Part shown: piece by piece, positions 38,115 to 49,173 of the stretch | Numbering within the stretch: position 1 is the stretch's first letter | Layout of the letters: every line of letters begins with the position of its first letter | Source: an uncultured Anaerofilum sp. | GTDB lineage: Bacteria; Bacillota; Clostridia; Oscillospirales; Ruminococcaceae | Assembly: GCA_944385935.1 (NCBI GenBank) | Contig: CALWZC010000004.1 | Location: forward strand, 75,426 to 139,425 | Direction: 5' to 3' | DNA length: 64,000 nucleotides | Notes under the pieces: model-generated | The model's database searches: none | Told to the model about the DNA's origin: nothing | Seen by the model: the letters and a program-made list of their open reading frames with translations, nothing else | Position numbers and translations under genes: made by a program

Positions 38115-38708
38115 ATGATTCAGCAACAAGAGCGTGCAGAAAAGTTTTTTCGGGCAATTCGCAGAGATGCTGAACGGCGGCGTAAGCAGATTATCAGCCA
38201 AATTGATGAATATATCGCCGCAGAAACCGAAAAAATAGAGCAGGCGGAATTGCAATCTGCCAATGAACGGGTACAATATGAAACCCAACGTATACAATCC
38301 CAAACCAACAGCCAGTTGGCAAAGGAAACCACCGAAATCAGTGCAGAGTTGGCTGCCTACCGTAGCGCAATTACCAAAGAGGTATTTGAACAAGTGGCAC
38401 AGAAGCTGGCAGTATTTGTGAAAAGCCAACAGTATCAGCAATGGTTGTCTGATGGATTGGGCCAAATGGAAAAACTTCTTGGTGCGGGGATGACAGTGTA
38501 TGCTGCCCCTGCTCAGGTGGAACAGGTAGAAAAAGCTGTTGCAATGGCAAAGGTAGACTGTACAGTCAAAGCAGACGAAAACATCCATTTGGGTGGTGTT
38601 CGTGCAGAAAAAGGCAGCAAAAAGGTGGATGACACACTGGACAGCCGCCTGAAAAGTCAAGAGGATTGGTTCTACCAGAACTCTGGTCTTTCCATTGCAA
38701 TTCAGTGA
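38115..38708 (+). CDS. V/A-type ATPase subunit E
   Basis: The 197-aa product has a long N-terminal helix and a globular C-terminus. Its position before A is consistent with an E-like stator subunit. Confidence 0.6.
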   Translation: MIQQQERAEKFFRAIRRDAERRRKQIISQIDEYIAAETEKIEQAELQSANERVQYETQRIQSQTNSQLAKETTEISAELAAYRSAITKEVFEQVAQKLAVFVKSQQYQQWLSDGLGQMEKLLGAGMTVYAAPAQVEQVEKAVAMAKVDCTVKADENIHLGGVRAEKGSKKVDDTLDSRLKSQEDWFYQNSGLSIAIQ

Positions 38709-38723
38709 AACGAGGTGTAAGCG

Positions 38724-40502
38724 GTGAGTGAACCGATTCGGATTCATGGCATCAATGGCCCAGTTGTTACCATTCAGGGAAAAACTGGCCTTGGCATGAT
38801 GGAAATGGTGTATGTAGGCGACCAGCGACTGGTGGGTGAAGTCATCGGGCTGGATAGCAATAAAACCACCATTCAGGTATATGAGGAAACAGGCGGCCTT
38901 CGTCCCGGTCAGCCAGTATTCTCTACTGGTGGCCCCATGTGTGTAACATTGGGCCCCGGCATTTTAAAAAATATTTACGATGGTATTCAGCGGCCGCTGC
39001 CTGCCATTGAGAAACAATCAGGGGCATTTATTGGCAAGGGTGCCGATGTTCCTGCTCTAGACCCCGATGCAGTATGGGATGTAACTTTGACTGTAAAAGA
39101 GGGGGATACTCTCTCTGCTGGTCAAGTGTACGCCACTTGTCCCGAAACTCCCATCATTCTACATAAATGTATGTTGGCTCCGGGCAAAAGTGGAACCATT
39201 GTATGGGTTGCTCCAAACGGAAGCTACCGAGTCAATGATGTTGTGGCAAAATTGCAACGGCAGGACGGAACCATTGAGGAGTTGACCTTGTGCCAAAAAT
39301 GGCCCATCCGTACTCCTCGCCCAGTAACCAACCGCATGGGTGCAACCCGCCCCTTGATTACTGGTCAGCGTGTAATTGATACCATGTTCCCCATTGCAAA
39401 GGGCGGTGCAGCCGCCATCCCTGGTGGATTTGGTACCGGTAAAACTATGACCCAGCACCAGTTGGCAAAATGGTGTGACGCAGATATTATTATTTACGTG
39501 GGCTGTGGCGAACGTGGTAATGAGATGACACAGGCTTTGACCGAGTTCGGTGAGATTACCGACCCCAAGTCTGGCCGTCCCCTAACAGATAGAACCGTGT
39601 TGATTGCCAATACTTCCAATATGCCTGTGGCTGCCCGTGAGGCTTCCATCTACACAGGCGTTACCTTGGCAGAATATTACCGTGATATGGGCTATCATAC
39701 TGCTATGATGGCAGACTCTACCAGCCGTTGGGCGGAGGCATTGCGTGAAATTAGCGGACGTTTGGAAGAAATGCCTGCGGATGAAGGCTTCCCCGCATAT
39801 CTGCCCAGCCGTTTGGCAGAGTTTTACGAGCGTGCAGGTTATGTGTCTACCTTGAACGGGCAAGAAGGTTCTGTCACCTTGATTGGTGCAGTTAGCCCAC
39901 AGGGTTCCGACTTTTCCGAGCCTGTTACCCAGAATACAAAGCGGTTTACCCGTTGTTTCTGGGCATTGGATAAGGCATTGGCTTATGCTCGTCACTATCC
40001 GGCCATCAACTGGAACGACAGCTACTCAGAGTATACCAGCGATTTGGCACATTGGTACTATGACCATGTAGGCCCTGACTTTATGGCTTACCGTGAGGAA
40101 TTGGCAGGAATTTTGTTGCAGGAAAACAGCTTGATGGAGATTGTAAAGCTGATTGGTTCCGATGTATTGCCCGATGACCAAAAACTGGTTATTGAGATTG
40201 CTCGTGTGGTTCGGGTAGGATTCTTGCAGCAAAATGCTTTCCACAAGGATGACACCTTTGTACCTATGGAAAAGCAATTAAAAATGATGCAGGTAATTTT
40301 GCACCTGTATCACAAATGCCAAGATATTGTGGCACGACAGGTGCCCCTTTCCCAGATTATTAAATTGGGATTGTTTGATAAAGTGATTAAGATTAAATAT
40401 GATGTACCCAATGACCAACTAGATTTGCTGGATGGGTATATCACAGAAATCAATCAGGCGTTGGGGCAGTTCCTCAACACCGATTACAGAAAGGGGGAAT
40501 AA
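38724..40502 (+). CDS. ntpA: V/A-type ATPase catalytic subunit A
   Basis: The P-loop is GGFGTGKT, and the non-homologous region and overall A-subunit collinearity are present. The start is GTG. Confidence 0.95.
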   Translation: MSEPIRIHGINGPVVTIQGKTGLGMMEMVYVGDQRLVGEVIGLDSNKTTIQVYEETGGLRPGQPVFSTGGPMCVTLGPGILKNIYDGIQRPLPAIEKQSGAFIGKGADVPALDPDAVWDVTLTVKEGDTLSAGQVYATCPETPIILHKCMLAPGKSGTIVWVAPNGSYRVNDVVAKLQRQDGTIEELTLCQKWPIRTPRPVTNRMGATRPLITGQRVIDTMFPIAKGGAAAIPGGFGTGKTMTQHQLAKWCDADIIIYVGCGERGNEMTQALTEFGEITDPKSGRPLTDRTVLIANTSNMPVAAREASIYTGVTLAEYYRDMGYHTAMMADSTSRWAEALREISGRLEEMPADEGFPAYLPSRLAEFYERAGYVSTLNGQEGSVTLIGAVSPQGSDFSEPVTQNTKRFTRCFWALDKALAYARHYPAINWNDSYSEYTSDLAHWYYDHVGPDFMAYREELAGILLQENSLMEIVKLIGSDVLPDDQKLVIEIARVVRVGFLQQNAFHKDDTFVPMEKQLKMMQVILHLYHKCQDIVARQVPLSQIIKLGLFDKVIKIKYDVPNDQLDLLDGYITEINQALGQFLNTDYRKGE

Positions 40503-40505
40503 GGG

Positions 40506-41882
40506 ATGATTCTGGAGCATATTGGTCTTTCTCAGATTAACGGTTCTCTGGTAGTTCTAGATGATGTGGAAGATGCCAGCTATGATGAAATGGTGGAAAT
40601 GCACCTAGACGACGGCAGCCACCGTGTAGGCCGTGTGGTTATGATTGAAGGTAGTCGTATTGTTGTTCAGGTGTTTGAGGGAACCCGTGGTCTTTCTTTG
40701 GATAATACCCGCACCGTACTTACCGGCCATCCCATGGAAATTGACCTTTCCCCGGAAATTTTGGGCCGTACCTTTGATGGATTGGGTCGCCCCATTGATG
40801 GCATGGGAGCCATCTTCCCACAGGTTCGCCGGGATGTAAATGGTTCGCCCATCAACCCCGTTTCCCGTGTCTATCCCCGAAACTACATTCGTACTGGTAT
40901 TTCCAGTATTGACTGCTTAGCCACCTTGATTCGTGGTCAAAAACTGCCCATTTTCTCTGGTTCCGGTATGAAACACAACGAATTGGCAGTACAGATTGTA
41001 CAGCAGGCAAATGTATCGGATGGAAGTGAATTTGCCATCGTATTTGCGGCAATGGGTGTAAAAAACGATGTAGCGGAGTACTTTAAGTCCAGTTTTGAAA
41101 AAGCCAATGTTATGGACAGGGTTGTTATGCTGCTAAATTTGGCAAATGACCCCATCATTGAACGTATTTTGACCCCCCGTTGTGCATTGACTATTGCAGA
41201 GTATCTTGCCTTTGATTTGGGCATGAATATTCTGGTGGTTATGACCGATATGAGTAGTTATTGTGAGGCGTTGCGTGAGTTCTCCTCCTCCAAAGGAGAG
41301 ATTCCAGGAAGAAAAGGCTTCCCCGGCTACCTCTACTCCGACCTTGCCAGCTTGTATGAACGTGCCGGCATTGTGCAGGGCAAAAAGGGTTCTGTGACTC
41401 AGATTCCCATTTTGACTATGCCTGGTGATGATATTACTCACCCTATTCCTGACTTGACCGGATATATCACCGAAGGCCAGATTGTTTTGGATAGAAGTCT
41501 GGATGCTACTGGTGTATATCCTCCTGTTAGTGTGTTGCCTAGCTTGTCCCGTCTGATGAAGGACGGCATTGGCGCAGGCTATACCCGCGATGACCATTCG
41601 GCATTGTCTAACCAGTTGTTTGCATTGTATGCCCGTGTGCAGGATGCAAAGGCATTGGCCAGTGTTATTGGTGAAGATGAGCTTAGTCCGGCTGACAAGC
41701 GAGTATTGCAATTTGGTAAAGCCTTTGAACAGCGTTTTGTAGGGCAAGGCTTTACCAACCGAACCATGGAAGAAACCCTAGATTTGGGCTGGGAGCTGTT
41801 GGGTATGCTTGACCGCAGCGAGCTTGACCGTGTGGATGATGCTATCCTAGACCAGCACTACAAGCCCTATCAGGCGGAATAA
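40506..41882 (+). CDS. ntpB: V/A-type ATPase subunit B
   Basis: The 458-aa product shows B-subunit collinearity (…[14 protein letters not shown]…). A canonical P-loop is absent, as expected for B. Confidence 0.95.
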   Translation: MILEHIGLSQINGSLVVLDDVEDASYDEMVEMHLDDGSHRVGRVVMIEGSRIVVQVFEGTRGLSLDNTRTVLTGHPMEIDLSPEILGRTFDGLGRPIDGMGAIFPQVRRDVNGSPINPVSRVYPRNYIRTGISSIDCLATLIRGQKLPIFSGSGMKHNELAVQIVQQANVSDGSEFAIVFAAMGVKNDVAEYFKSSFEKANVMDRVVMLLNLANDPIIERILTPRCALTIAEYLAFDLGMNILVVMTDMSSYCEALREFSSSKGEIPGRKGFPGYLYSDLASLYERAGIVQGKKGSVTQIPILTMPGDDITHPIPDLTGYITEGQIVLDRSLDATGVYPPVSVLPSLSRLMKDGIGAGYTRDDHSALSNQLFALYARVQDAKALASVIGEDELSPADKRVLQFGKAFEQRFVGQGFTNRTMEETLDLGWELLGMLDRSELDRVDDAILDQHYKPYQAE

Positions 41883-41915
41883 TGCCTTTAGGCTGGGGCA
41901 AGGAGGGAAAGCAAC

Positions 41916-42542
41916 ATGGCACAACAGGTATTTCCTACAAAAAGCAATCTAATGGCAACCAAAAAAAGCCTTGCTCTGTCCAAACAGGGCTATGAACTCA
42001 TGGACCGCAAACGAAACATTTTGGTGCGGGAAATGATGCAGTTGATTGACCGTGCTGCTGAGATTCAAACAAAAATCGAGGTAGCATATTCCAGTGCATA
42101 CCGCGCTTTGCAGCGAGCCAATGTAACACTGGGAATGGTTGGCAAATTTGCCAACAGTGTGCCCCAAGAGGAAGGCTTACAACTGGAGTTTCGCAGTGTA
42201 ATGGGTGTGGAATTGCCCATCGTAAAGCTGGAAAGCCAGCAGCCAACACAGTTTTACTATGGATTGTACTCCACCAACAGCCAGCTTGATGATGTATATG
42301 AGCAGTTTGAGGAAGTAAAGCGGTTGACTGTGGAATTGGCAGAAGTAGAGGGAAGTGTTTATCGTCTTGCGGTAGCCATCAAAAAGACCCAAAAACGAGC
42401 CAATGCCTTAAATAACATTATGATTCCGAAATTCACTGCCACTATCAAGTTTATTACAGAGGCTTTGGAGGAAAAGGAGAGAGAGGAATTTTCTCGCCTA
42501 AAGGTTATTAAAAGCCAAAAGGACAAGGCCGAACAACAGTAA
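41916..42542 (+). CDS. ntpD: V/A-type ATPase subunit D
   Basis: The 208-aa coiled-coil central stalk protein is the last gene of the operon. Confidence 0.9.
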   Translation: MAQQVFPTKSNLMATKKSLALSKQGYELMDRKRNILVREMMQLIDRAAEIQTKIEVAYSSAYRALQRANVTLGMVGKFANSVPQEEGLQLEFRSVMGVELPIVKLESQQPTQFYYGLYSTNSQLDDVYEQFEEVKRLTVELAEVEGSVYRLAVAIKKTQKRANALNNIMIPKFTATIKFITEALEEKEREEFSRLKVIKSQKDKAEQQ

Positions 42543-42674
42543 TTTGTTGCCATAAAAACAGCACCTTATTTTTTGCCACTGTAGCAAAGAATAGGGTGTT
42601 TTTTGTATTGCAATTACCTGTGGAAAAAATAGGGTGTGTATGATACAATAGACAAAAATCAAAGGAGGACAAGA

Positions 42675-43421
42675 ATGCATAAAGAACGATTTGGAATGCT
42701 GGACGGATTGCGAGGGTTTGCCCTTGCCAATATGATTATTTATCATACATTGTATGATATTGTGTATATCTTTGGTCATCCTATGGCATGGTATCAAGGC
42801 ACAGCAGGATATTTATGGCAACAAAGCATTTGTTGGTGCTTTATTTTGCTTTCTGGCTTTTGTTTTTCTATGGGCAGTCGTCCTCTCAAGCGGGGAGCAA
42901 TGATTTTCGCTTTTGGGTGTGCCATTAGTTTGATAACTGCTGTGATGATGCCAGAACAACAGGTATGCTTTGGAATTTTAAGCCTTGTGGGAAGCAGTAT
43001 GATGATTACCTATCTTACAGAACCTTTTTTGAAGGGTGTAAAACCACTGTTGGGCTTGTTTATTTGCTTTGGTGTGTTTTTGATAACAAAGTCTGTTCCA
43101 ATGGGTGGCATTGGTGTAGGAGATAACATAGTATCAACCTTGCCCCATGTTCTTTACCAGTGGGAGTGGGGCTATCCATTGGGGTTCCCCAGTGCAGGCT
43201 TTTTCTCCAGCGATTATTTTCCCTTGTTGCCATGGCTGTTTTTGTATTGGACTGGATGGTATGGAAAAAGAGTGGTGGGGGATTTATCCAGATTTTCGTG
43301 GTTAAAGCCCACACCGCCAATACTGGGATGGATGGGGAAAAATAGCATTTGGTTGTATCTTGTCCATCAACCGGTGGTTTACATCATTCTATTTCTACTA
43401 AACCAATGGAAGATTGTATAA
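42675..43421 (+). CDS. DUF1624/HGSNAT-like membrane acyltransferase-family protein
   Basis: The N-terminal motif is RFGMLDGLRGFALANMIIYH, and about eight TM helices follow. AAGGAGG lies upstream of ATG 42675. Confidence 0.55.
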   Translation: MHKERFGMLDGLRGFALANMIIYHTLYDIVYIFGHPMAWYQGTAGYLWQQSICWCFILLSGFCFSMGSRPLKRGAMIFAFGCAISLITAVMMPEQQVCFGILSLVGSSMMITYLTEPFLKGVKPLLGLFICFGVFLITKSVPMGGIGVGDNIVSTLPHVLYQWEWGYPLGFPSAGFFSSDYFPLLPWLFLYWTGWYGKRVVGDLSRFSWLKPTPPILGWMGKNSIWLYLVHQPVVYIILFLLNQWKIV

Positions 43422-43549
43422 AAGACATGTGGCAAAATATCTGATTTTTTTTGTCCAATTGTGGAACAAAATAGTTACTCTTTGCAAAAAGAAAGTTTGC
43501 GCAGTATAATGAGGGCAAAGAAAAGATAATTTTGCAAGGAGGGTTATTT

Positions 43550-44959
43550 TTGCAGAAGAAAAATATTTTGTGGATTATGACCGACCAACACCGCTTTGAT
43601 GGTCTTTCCTGCATGGGAGGGCTTTCGGGGCTAACACCACACTTGGATGCACTGGCAGCAGATGGCATTGTTTTTGAAAATTGCTATACACCGTCCCCAG
43701 TGTGTGGACCTGCCCGCACTGCGCTAAAAAGTGGCCGCTTTCCAGCCGCTTGTGGGGCAGTAAAAAACTGGGTTCCCAGCCATTCTCCCGACTGGCTTCC
43801 TGAACGGTTGCAAAAGGTTGGATACCACACAGGCATGGCAGGAAAACTCCATATTTGCCCTTGTGAGGAAAATTATGGCTTTGATTGGAAAGTCCTCAGC
43901 GATGCGCCCTATTCGGTATATGCCAACGATGACAAACATTCCAAATACATAGAGTGGTTGCGTGAAAAATGGAATGGAAAAGACCCAGTTCCTCTCTTTG
44001 ATAAGGACGAGTCCTCCTATGACAATGATTTCTACCATTTTTGTGCCGGAAGCGGATTCCGCACTGTAGAAGAGCATGAAACAGGCTGGACTACAGACCA
44101 ATTTTTCCGCTATTTAGAGGAACGAGATAAGCAAAAGCCATTTTTCTTTTTCCTGTCCTACTTTGGGCCCCATCATCCTTATTTGCCGCCGGCTCCCTAT
44201 GATAGCTGGATTGCTGCGGAGGATGTTCAGCTTCCCCAAAGCTACTATGATGACCTGATGAAAGACCATCCTGTTTTTGAACGGACAGCCCGTGTACTAC
44301 GAGAAAAAGTAAAGGCAGAGTTGACAGAAGAACAGGTAAAACAGTTGGTAGCCCAATATTATGGTCAAATTAAAATGCTGGATGATTCCATCGGGCAAGC
44401 AATCGAAACCCTAAAACAGCAAGGACTATATGAGGATACCACAATCATTTTCACCTCTGACCACGGCGACCATATGGCACAATATGGTCTATTTTTCAAA
44501 AGCCAAATGTATGACTCCTGCTGCAAGGTTCCCTTGATTATCAAGCCGGCTGGAGGTTGCGTTCCCTTCCGCACAAAACAGGTGGTAAGTAGTTTGGATT
44601 TGTATGGAACCATTTTGGATTTGGCAGAGGACAAAGACTGGAGAAAACCAGATGTGGAGGCAGGTTCTCTGGTTCCCTTGACACAGGAAAACTTTGAACA
44701 AGAAGGAGAGGCGTACTCCATCTATGGCCCCAATCATGACAAAGCACTGGCAATGCTGCGGCAAGGGCCTTGGAAATTGATTCGTTTGGCAGATGGCAGC
44801 AAAACACAAGCCGTTTATGAACTGTACAACATGGAGCAAGACCCACAAGAAACAAAGGATTTATACCCCAACCAAAAAGATACAGAACTTTGCAAACAAC
44901 TGCAAAACAAGCTAGATGATTGGTTCTATGCACAATATGACCGGTATCCCAAACTGTAA
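43550..44959 (+). CDS. sulfatase (arylsulfatase family)
   Basis: The N-terminus reads ILWIMTDQHR, and the formylglycine motif CTPSPVCGPARTALKSGR (C-x-P-x-R) is present. The start is TTG, 6 nt after AAGGAGGG. Confidence 0.8.
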   Translation: MQKKNILWIMTDQHRFDGLSCMGGLSGLTPHLDALAADGIVFENCYTPSPVCGPARTALKSGRFPAACGAVKNWVPSHSPDWLPERLQKVGYHTGMAGKLHICPCEENYGFDWKVLSDAPYSVYANDDKHSKYIEWLREKWNGKDPVPLFDKDESSYDNDFYHFCAGSGFRTVEEHETGWTTDQFFRYLEERDKQKPFFFFLSYFGPHHPYLPPAPYDSWIAAEDVQLPQSYYDDLMKDHPVFERTARVLREKVKAELTEEQVKQLVAQYYGQIKMLDDSIGQAIETLKQQGLYEDTTIIFTSDHGDHMAQYGLFFKSQMYDSCCKVPLIIKPAGGCVPFRTKQVVSSLDLYGTILDLAEDKDWRKPDVEAGSLVPLTQENFEQEGEAYSIYGPNHDKALAMLRQGPWKLIRLADGSKTQAVYELYNMEQDPQETKDLYPNQKDTELCKQLQNKLDDWFYAQYDRYPKL

Positions 44960-45019
44960 CAACTTGCAGAAAAAACGGATTTTTTTATAAAATCCCTTGC
45001 ATTTTATTGGGAATTATGA

Positions 45020-45130
45020 TATCCTATTAGGGCGTTAGTGTCCGCTGGCTCCACCAGTGGGGTTAATGTAAATCATTAAACGGATGGTCCTCTGACGGCA
45101 GAATTGTCGGGTATGAACATCTTATAAAAA
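45020..45130 (+). ncRNA. possible rplS (L19) leader element
   Basis: A GC-rich stretch that looks able to form secondary structure (…GTGTCCGCTGGCTCCACCAGTGGGG…) lies immediately upstream of rplS. Firmicutes carry an L19 autoregulatory leader at this position. The covariance model was not evaluated. Confidence 0.3.
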
Positions 45131-45146
45131 ATGGAGGATGAATAGA

Positions 45147-45491
45147 ATGGACGCAATGAAGATTATCACCGAAGGCATGATTAAAGAGAACCGCCCCGAG
45201 TTTAACGTAGGTGACACTGTTCGTGTTTCTGTACGTATTAAGGAAGGCGAGCGTGAGCGTATTCAGGCTTTCGAAGGAACCGTTATCGCAAAGAAACATG
45301 GCGGTGTTGCTGAGACCTTTACCGTTCGCCGCACCTCTTATGGCGTTGGCGTAGAGCGTGTATTCCCTGTAAACTCTCCCTTTGTTGAGAAGGTTGAAGT
45401 AGTTCGTAAGGGTAAAGTTCGCCGTGCAAAATTGTTCTACCTGCGCAGCCGTACTGGTAAGGCAGCTAAGGTTAAAGAGCAGATTCGATAA
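45147..45491 (+). CDS. rplS: 50S ribosomal protein L19
   Basis: The L19 core is strongly conserved ([41 protein letters not shown]). The RBS is GGAGGA. Confidence 0.9.
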   Translation: MDAMKIITEGMIKENRPEFNVGDTVRVSVRIKEGERERIQAFEGTVIAKKHGGVAETFTVRRTSYGVGVERVFPVNSPFVEKVEVVRKGKVRRAKLFYLRSRTGKAAKVKEQIR

Positions 45492-45503
45492 TCAAGGCGC
45501 AAA

Positions 45504-45547
45504 AAGGGGGAGCAGCCACAGGTTGTTCCCCCTGTTTTTGTTTTTTA
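45504..45547 (+). terminator. terminator/attenuator between rplS and rbgA
   Basis: AGGGGGA pairs with TCCCCCT across a 13-nt loop and is followed by GTTTTTGTTTTTT. Confidence 0.55.
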
Positions 45548-45579
45548 TGGAAAACAGGAAGGATAAAGGAGGAAATGCC

Positions 45580-46491
45580 ATGGCACAGGAATTTGTAAAT
45601 CGCCGTAATATTCAGTGGTTCCCCGGCCATATGATGAAAACCCTTCGATTGATTGAAAAGGATGTAAAAAATGTGGATGCGGTGTTGCAACTTTTGGATG
45701 CTCGTATCCCTTACAGCAGCTTGAACCCAGAAATTCAACGATTGGTAAAACATAAACCCCGTTTATATGTATTAAACAAAGCTGACCTTGCTGACCCAGC
45801 GGTAACAACTCGATGGACAAACTGGTTTAAACAACAGGGGGCTGGATGTGTTTCTATTAGCAGCAAAACCAAGGGTGCCGCTGCCGCTGTTCGCACACAG
45901 ATTGAAAAAGAACTGGCAGAGTTGATTGCCCGCCGTGAGGAAAAAGGTACCCAAGGTGCCGCCATTCGTGTAATGGTGTTGGGCATTCCCAATGTAGGCA
46001 AGTCCACTTTTATTAACTGTTGGGCAGGAGCTGCCAAGGCAAAGGCTGCCGACCGTCCCGGTGTTACCCGTGGTAAACAGTGGATTAGTGTACCGGGATA
46101 TGAATTGCTGGATATGCCAGGTGTCCTTTGGAAAAAATTCGACTCGTTGGAAATTGCCACCAATTTGGCTTTTATTGGCTCCATCAAGGATAACATTCTT
46201 GATATTGAGGAGTTAGCAATGGGCTTGTTGGCACAGGTGAAAGAAATGTACCCCCAACGGCTTTTGGAACGATACAAGCTAAAGGAAGAAGATTTGCAGC
46301 TAGACCCATGGGAGCTACTAGAGGCCATTGGTCGCCGTCGAGGGATGCTGATTTCTGGCGGAGAGGTAAACACCGAACGGGCAGCCATTATGGTGGTGGA
46401 CGAGTTCCGTGCCAGCAAATGGGGAAGAATTTCTTTGGAACAACCCCCTGCAAAAAGTGAGGAAGAAACCAATGAAACCAGAGCTTTATGA
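45580..46491 (+). CDS. rbgA: ribosome biogenesis GTPase A (YlqF/RbgA)
   Basis: The circularly permuted GTPase has motif order NKAD…(G)IPNVGKST…DMPG. AAAGGAGG lies 6 nt upstream. The synteny is rplS-ylqF-rnhB. Confidence 0.85.
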   Translation: MAQEFVNRRNIQWFPGHMMKTLRLIEKDVKNVDAVLQLLDARIPYSSLNPEIQRLVKHKPRLYVLNKADLADPAVTTRWTNWFKQQGAGCVSISSKTKGAAAAVRTQIEKELAELIARREEKGTQGAAIRVMVLGIPNVGKSTFINCWAGAAKAKAADRPGVTRGKQWISVPGYELLDMPGVLWKKFDSLEIATNLAFIGSIKDNILDIEELAMGLLAQVKEMYPQRLLERYKLKEEDLQLDPWELLEAIGRRRGMLISGGEVNTERAAIMVVDEFRASKWGRISLEQPPAKSEEETNETRAL

Positions 46492-47077
46492 GTTTGACCG
46501 CAAACTAACAGAAACATGGGGCACAATTTGTGGTGTAGATGAAGCAGGGCGAGGGCCTTTGTGTGGCCCAGTTGCAGTGGCCGCTGTAATTTTAGACCCA
46601 CAAGCCCCTATTTTAGGTGTAGATGATTCAAAAAAGCTGTCCGAGAAAAAGAGAGAAGCCCTCTACCAACAGATTATGGAAAAAGCATTCGATGTGTCTG
46701 TGGTACTGGTACAGCCAGAGGAAATTGACAAGCTGAATATCTTACACGCCACCATGAAGGGCATGGCGCAGGCTATTTCTAATCTTAAGGAAGTGCCCGC
46801 TTTGGCGTTGATTGATGGAAACCGCTGCCCTCCCACAGATGTGAAGTGTCAAGCTGTAGTAAAGGGAGATGCCAACAGTGCAGCCATTGCCGCCGCTTCC
46901 ATTGTGGCAAAGGTAACCCGTGACCATTATATGATAGAGCTAGACAAGGAATACCCACAATATCAACTTGCAAAGCATAAAGGATACCCCACTAAATTGC
47001 ACTATGAATTGCTGGATGCTTATGGAGTGGCACCCTTTTACCGCAAGAGCTTTTTGAAAAAACGGGGCTATGTGTGA
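46472..47077 (+). CDS. rnhB: ribonuclease HII
   Basis: The catalytic motifs are [19 protein letters not shown] and D…D. Confidence 0.9.
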   Translation: MKPELYEFDRKLTETWGTICGVDEAGRGPLCGPVAVAAVILDPQAPILGVDDSKKLSEKKREALYQQIMEKAFDVSVVLVQPEEIDKLNILHATMKGMAQAISNLKEVPALALIDGNRCPPTDVKCQAVVKGDANSAAIAAASIVAKVTRDHYMIELDKEYPQYQLAKHKGYPTKLHYELLDAYGVAPFYRKSFLKKRGYV

Positions 47078-47453
47078 TATGGAAAAACGCTCTTTGTCTA
47101 ATATTGTAGGGGCCAAAGGGGAGGAAATTGCTGCAAAGTGGTATAAAAAGAAAGGCTTTCGAGTATTGCAACAAAACTACCGCACACCATTGGGAGAAAT
47201 TGACCTGATTGTGGAAAAAAGGGGCAGGTGGTTGGTATTTGTGGAGGTAAAAACCCGCACAGGAACCCCTCTGGCTCGCCCTTGTGAAGCTGTAGATGCT
47301 CGCAAACAGCGAAAACTCATTGCCGCCGCCCAACAGTATCTTTGTGACATACCTCAAACAGAAGAAAATATCCGCTTTGATGTCATGGAAATATGGCTTG
47401 ACGAAAAAGGGCATCCAACCATTTCTTGCATTGAAAACGCCTTTTGGTTGTAG
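47070..47453 (+). CDS. yraN: YraN-family (UPF0102) endonuclease
   Basis: The motif [22 protein letters not shown] is conserved in this family, and the position after rnhB is as in B. subtilis. Confidence 0.8.
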   Translation: MCDMEKRSLSNIVGAKGEEIAAKWYKKKGFRVLQQNYRTPLGEIDLIVEKRGRWLVFVEVKTRTGTPLARPCEAVDARKQRKLIAAAQQYLCDIPQTEENIRFDVMEIWLDEKGHPTISCIENAFWL

Positions 47454-47614
47454 TAAGTGTATTTGTATAGAATACAACTGTAACTTTAATAGAAAAACAC
47501 TGTACAAAAACATCTGATTTTTGGTTACAGTATCACTGTGAATTTTTTCTTAGGTATGGTATGATTTTAAGTAGAAATTTCGCCAATACCAAAACAGAGA
47601 GGAACGAAAAAATT

Positions 47615-49087
47615 ATGATGTTTACCAGTACACGAAACAACAACCTTTCGGTTTCGGCAGCACAAGCCATTTTGCAGGGGCTTTCCACAGAGGGCGGTCT
47701 GTTTGTGCCCCAGCAGTTTCCTCAACTTTCCGTAGAAACAGTATACCAAATGGACTACTGCCAAATGGCAGAAAAAGTATTAGGTAGTTTTCTTACAGAT
47801 TATGACCCACAGTTTTTACAGCAGGCAGTAAAACAGGTGTATGGTTCTGCTTTTGGTACAAAGGCTGGTTATGTACAGCAGGTAAATAAAAACACTTGGT
47901 CTTTGGAATTGTGGCATGGACCTACCTGTGCCTTTAAGGATTATGCCTTGCAGATGATGCCTAAATTGTTGGTACAAGCAAGAACGATGTTGAGCAGCAC
48001 AGATACCACCGTAATTTTGGTGGCAACCTCTGGTGATACAGGAAAAGCTGCTTTGGAGGGGTATCGGGATTTAGAGGGAATCCGAATAAAGGTATTTTAT
48101 CCCACCGGAGGAACCAGCGAAATTCAGCGGTTGCAAATGGCAACCCAGCAGGGCAACAATGTAGAGGTGTATGCTGTAGAAGGCAATTTTGATGCAGCAC
48201 AAACGGGGGTAAAAAAAGTATTTGCTGACCAAGCCATTGGACAGCTTTTGAAAGAAAAGGGTGTGTCCCTATCCAGTGCCAATTCTATCAACTGGGGCAG
48301 ATTGGTGCCACAGATTGTCTACTACTTTTACAGCTATTCTCAACTGGTAAAACAGGGAGTGATAGCCTTGGGCAATCCAGTGGATTTTTGTGTGCCCACT
48401 GGAAACTTTGGAGATATTTTAGCCGGCTGGTATGCCAAACAAATGGGTCTGCCTGTTGGCAAACTGATTTGTGCTTCCAATAAAAACAATGTTCTCAGCG
48501 AGTTCTTTGCAACTGGTGTCTACAATGCAAAGCGGGAATTTTTCAAAACTACATCTCCTTCTATGGACATCTTGATTTCTTCCAACTTGGAACGGCTTCT
48601 TTACCATGTGAGTGGAGGAAATGATACATTAGTGGCAGAGTTGATGGACAGCCTTTCAAAAACTGGAAGCTATACTTTGCCAAAAGATTTATTGGAAAAA
48701 ATTCAGCAGGATTTTGCAGCAGGTTGGGCAGATGACCAACAGGCCGCCGACGAAATAAAACATAGATGGGATACAGATGGGTATTTGTGTGACCCCCACA
48801 CAGCAGTTGCATTCCGAGTGGCAGAGCAAACCGCCCATACCAAGGATGCGCCTTGTGTGGTGCTTTCCACAGCCAGCCCTTACAAATTCCCTATGGCTGT
48901 TTTGCAGGCTTTGGGTTGCCCTGTGCCACAGCAGGATTTTGAGGCATTGCGCCAGTTGGAAACCTTTAGTGGTGTGCAAGCACCAACCCAACTAAAAGAA
49001 CTGGAGCAAAAGCCCCAACGATTTAGCAAAGTGATTTTGCCTTCTGACATTGTGAAGGCAGCAACAGAGGAAATTTCTGCGCTATAA
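47615..49087 (+). CDS. thrC: threonine synthase (long form)
   Basis: The N-terminus reads LFVP…FP…, and the PLP lysine motif is GPTCAFKDYALQ. The size is about 490 aa. The RBS is AGAGAGGAACG. Confidence 0.85.
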   Translation: MMFTSTRNNNLSVSAAQAILQGLSTEGGLFVPQQFPQLSVETVYQMDYCQMAEKVLGSFLTDYDPQFLQQAVKQVYGSAFGTKAGYVQQVNKNTWSLELWHGPTCAFKDYALQMMPKLLVQARTMLSSTDTTVILVATSGDTGKAALEGYRDLEGIRIKVFYPTGGTSEIQRLQMATQQGNNVEVYAVEGNFDAAQTGVKKVFADQAIGQLLKEKGVSLSSANSINWGRLVPQIVYYFYSYSQLVKQGVIALGNPVDFCVPTGNFGDILAGWYAKQMGLPVGKLICASNKNNVLSEFFATGVYNAKREFFKTTSPSMDILISSNLERLLYHVSGGNDTLVAELMDSLSKTGSYTLPKDLLEKIQQDFAAGWADDQQAADEIKHRWDTDGYLCDPHTAVAFRVAEQTAHTKDAPCVVLSTASPYKFPMAVLQALGCPVPQQDFEALRQLETFSGVQAPTQLKELEQKPQRFSKVILPSDIVKAATEEISAL

Positions 49088-49110
49088 AGATGAATTTTTA
49101 CAGATAACAA

Positions 49111-49150
49111 AAAGCCGGAACCGCCCTTTTGAGGCTGTTCCGGCTTTGGT
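49111..49150. terminator. bidirectional terminator shared by thrC (+) and the convergent small Cys-rich gene (-)
   Basis: AAAGCCGGAAC pairs with GTTCCGGCTTT. On the minus strand the stem is followed by TTTTTGTT. On the plus strand it is followed by a weaker TTTGGTG. Confidence 0.7.
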
Positions 49151-49173
49151 GAGCGCAAAGGAATAGATGGGGA

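Noticed and set aside
36317-41747. Several 130-200-aa minus-strand ORFs inside V-ATPase I, A and B genes
   Set aside because: They are antisense to strongly conserved genes and are the usual GC-rich shadow ORFs.
45735-46601. 288-aa minus-strand ORF opposite rbgA/rnhB
   Set aside because: It is antisense to two well-supported genes and its composition is atypical.
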